A stretch of DNA of 64,000 bases from Octopus bimaculoides (lineage: Eukaryota), in the NCBI RefSeq assembly GCF_001194135.2, contig NC_068983.1:70483691-70547690 (forward strand), written 5' to 3'. Under the pieces are notes generated by a model that saw nothing but the letters and a program-made list of their open reading frames with translations, did not search any database and had not been told where the DNA came from. Position numbers and translations under genes: made by a program. Numbering within the stretch: position 1 is the stretch's first letter; every line of letters begins with the position of its first letter. Of the stretch, positions 63,310 to 64,000 are shown one piece after another.

Positions 63310-64000
63310 AGTATTTGGGGATGGTCGTATTTTTTGCCAATTACCCACACGCACTATATACTTGGAATTCACTTCAGCCTTATTTTTATTATTATTGAGT
63401 GAGAGAGCAGGGCATGTCATCAAAGTGACACTGGAGTAAAATATACGAAGCCCAATATACCCATCATAACTACCCGTCTGATAAGGGTACACCAGGCACA
63501 TGCATCACAACCATATGTGCGCGACATGGTGATCTCATATCAAGATACACAGCGCATGACCTCGCAGGTGAGGCCCAGTTAGAATTTTCTTCAGATCGGG
63601 TAGCCCATCCCGCTCAAAAGGTCCCTGAATAAGGTTTGTTTAAGGATGTTGAGCAAAACACCCATGTTTCCAAAGGTGAATTATTCAAACCGCAAAGAAT
63701 TCCTTTCGACACATGGCTATGATGCTCTCCCACTACTTCAGCTCATGATCAGAGATACACATATCGTCAGCCACCAAGGGACATGCTCAANNNNNNNNNN
63801 TGGAATTCACTTCAGCCTTATTTTTATTATTATTGAGTGAGAGAGCAGGGCATGTCATCAAAGTGACACTGGAGTAAAATATACGAAGCCCAATATACCC
63901 ATCATAACTACCCGTCTGATAAGGGTACACCAGGCACATGCATCACAACCATATGTGCGCGACATGGTGATCTCATATCAAGATACACAGCGCATGACCT
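63310..64000 (-). repeat. Unclassified retroposon-like interspersed repeat, with 63363-63562 duplicated at 63801-64000 across a 10-N gap
   Basis: The minus strand ends in ..ctctctcactcaataataataa. The 200 bp on either side of the gap match with no mismatch seen. A partial homolog lies at 33555-33790. Confidence 0.75.

Overview
AT-rich, microsatellite-dense eukaryotic DNA with seven N-gaps (15814-15823, 23959-24239, 27061-27621, 30030-30198, 44803-44902, 60058-60067, 63791-63800). The tRNA-derived SINE families and repeat landscape look like an octopus genome (inferred from pattern recognition, not a database hit). No host protein-coding gene can be called with confidence, and most ORFs in the track come from microsatellites or N-runs. 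The window is mostly mobile-element relics: a near full-length Naiad-type Penelope-like element (PLE, ~6480-9686, minus) interrupted by a mariner, a Neptune-type PLE (~20545-22211, plus), two lineages of R4/Dong-like RLE LINEs each sitting in its own microsatellite, an RTE fragment, an Academ-type relic, a DD37D/maT element, hAT and mariner MITEs and many SINEs. The strongest novelty candidates are: (1) the Naiad GIY-YIG endonuclease split by an in-frame 197-codon spacer containing a diverged 2 x 51-aa repeat; (2) hammerhead ribozyme motifs lying antisense at the 5' ends of both PLEs; (3) an R4-like LINE found twice inside (CATA)n microsatellites; (4) several unexplained fold-back structures (a three-way junction at 2232-2290, a 70-bp-arm hairpin at 25131-25288, and long inverted arms at 36267-37589). 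All translations and alignments were done by eye and no searches were run.
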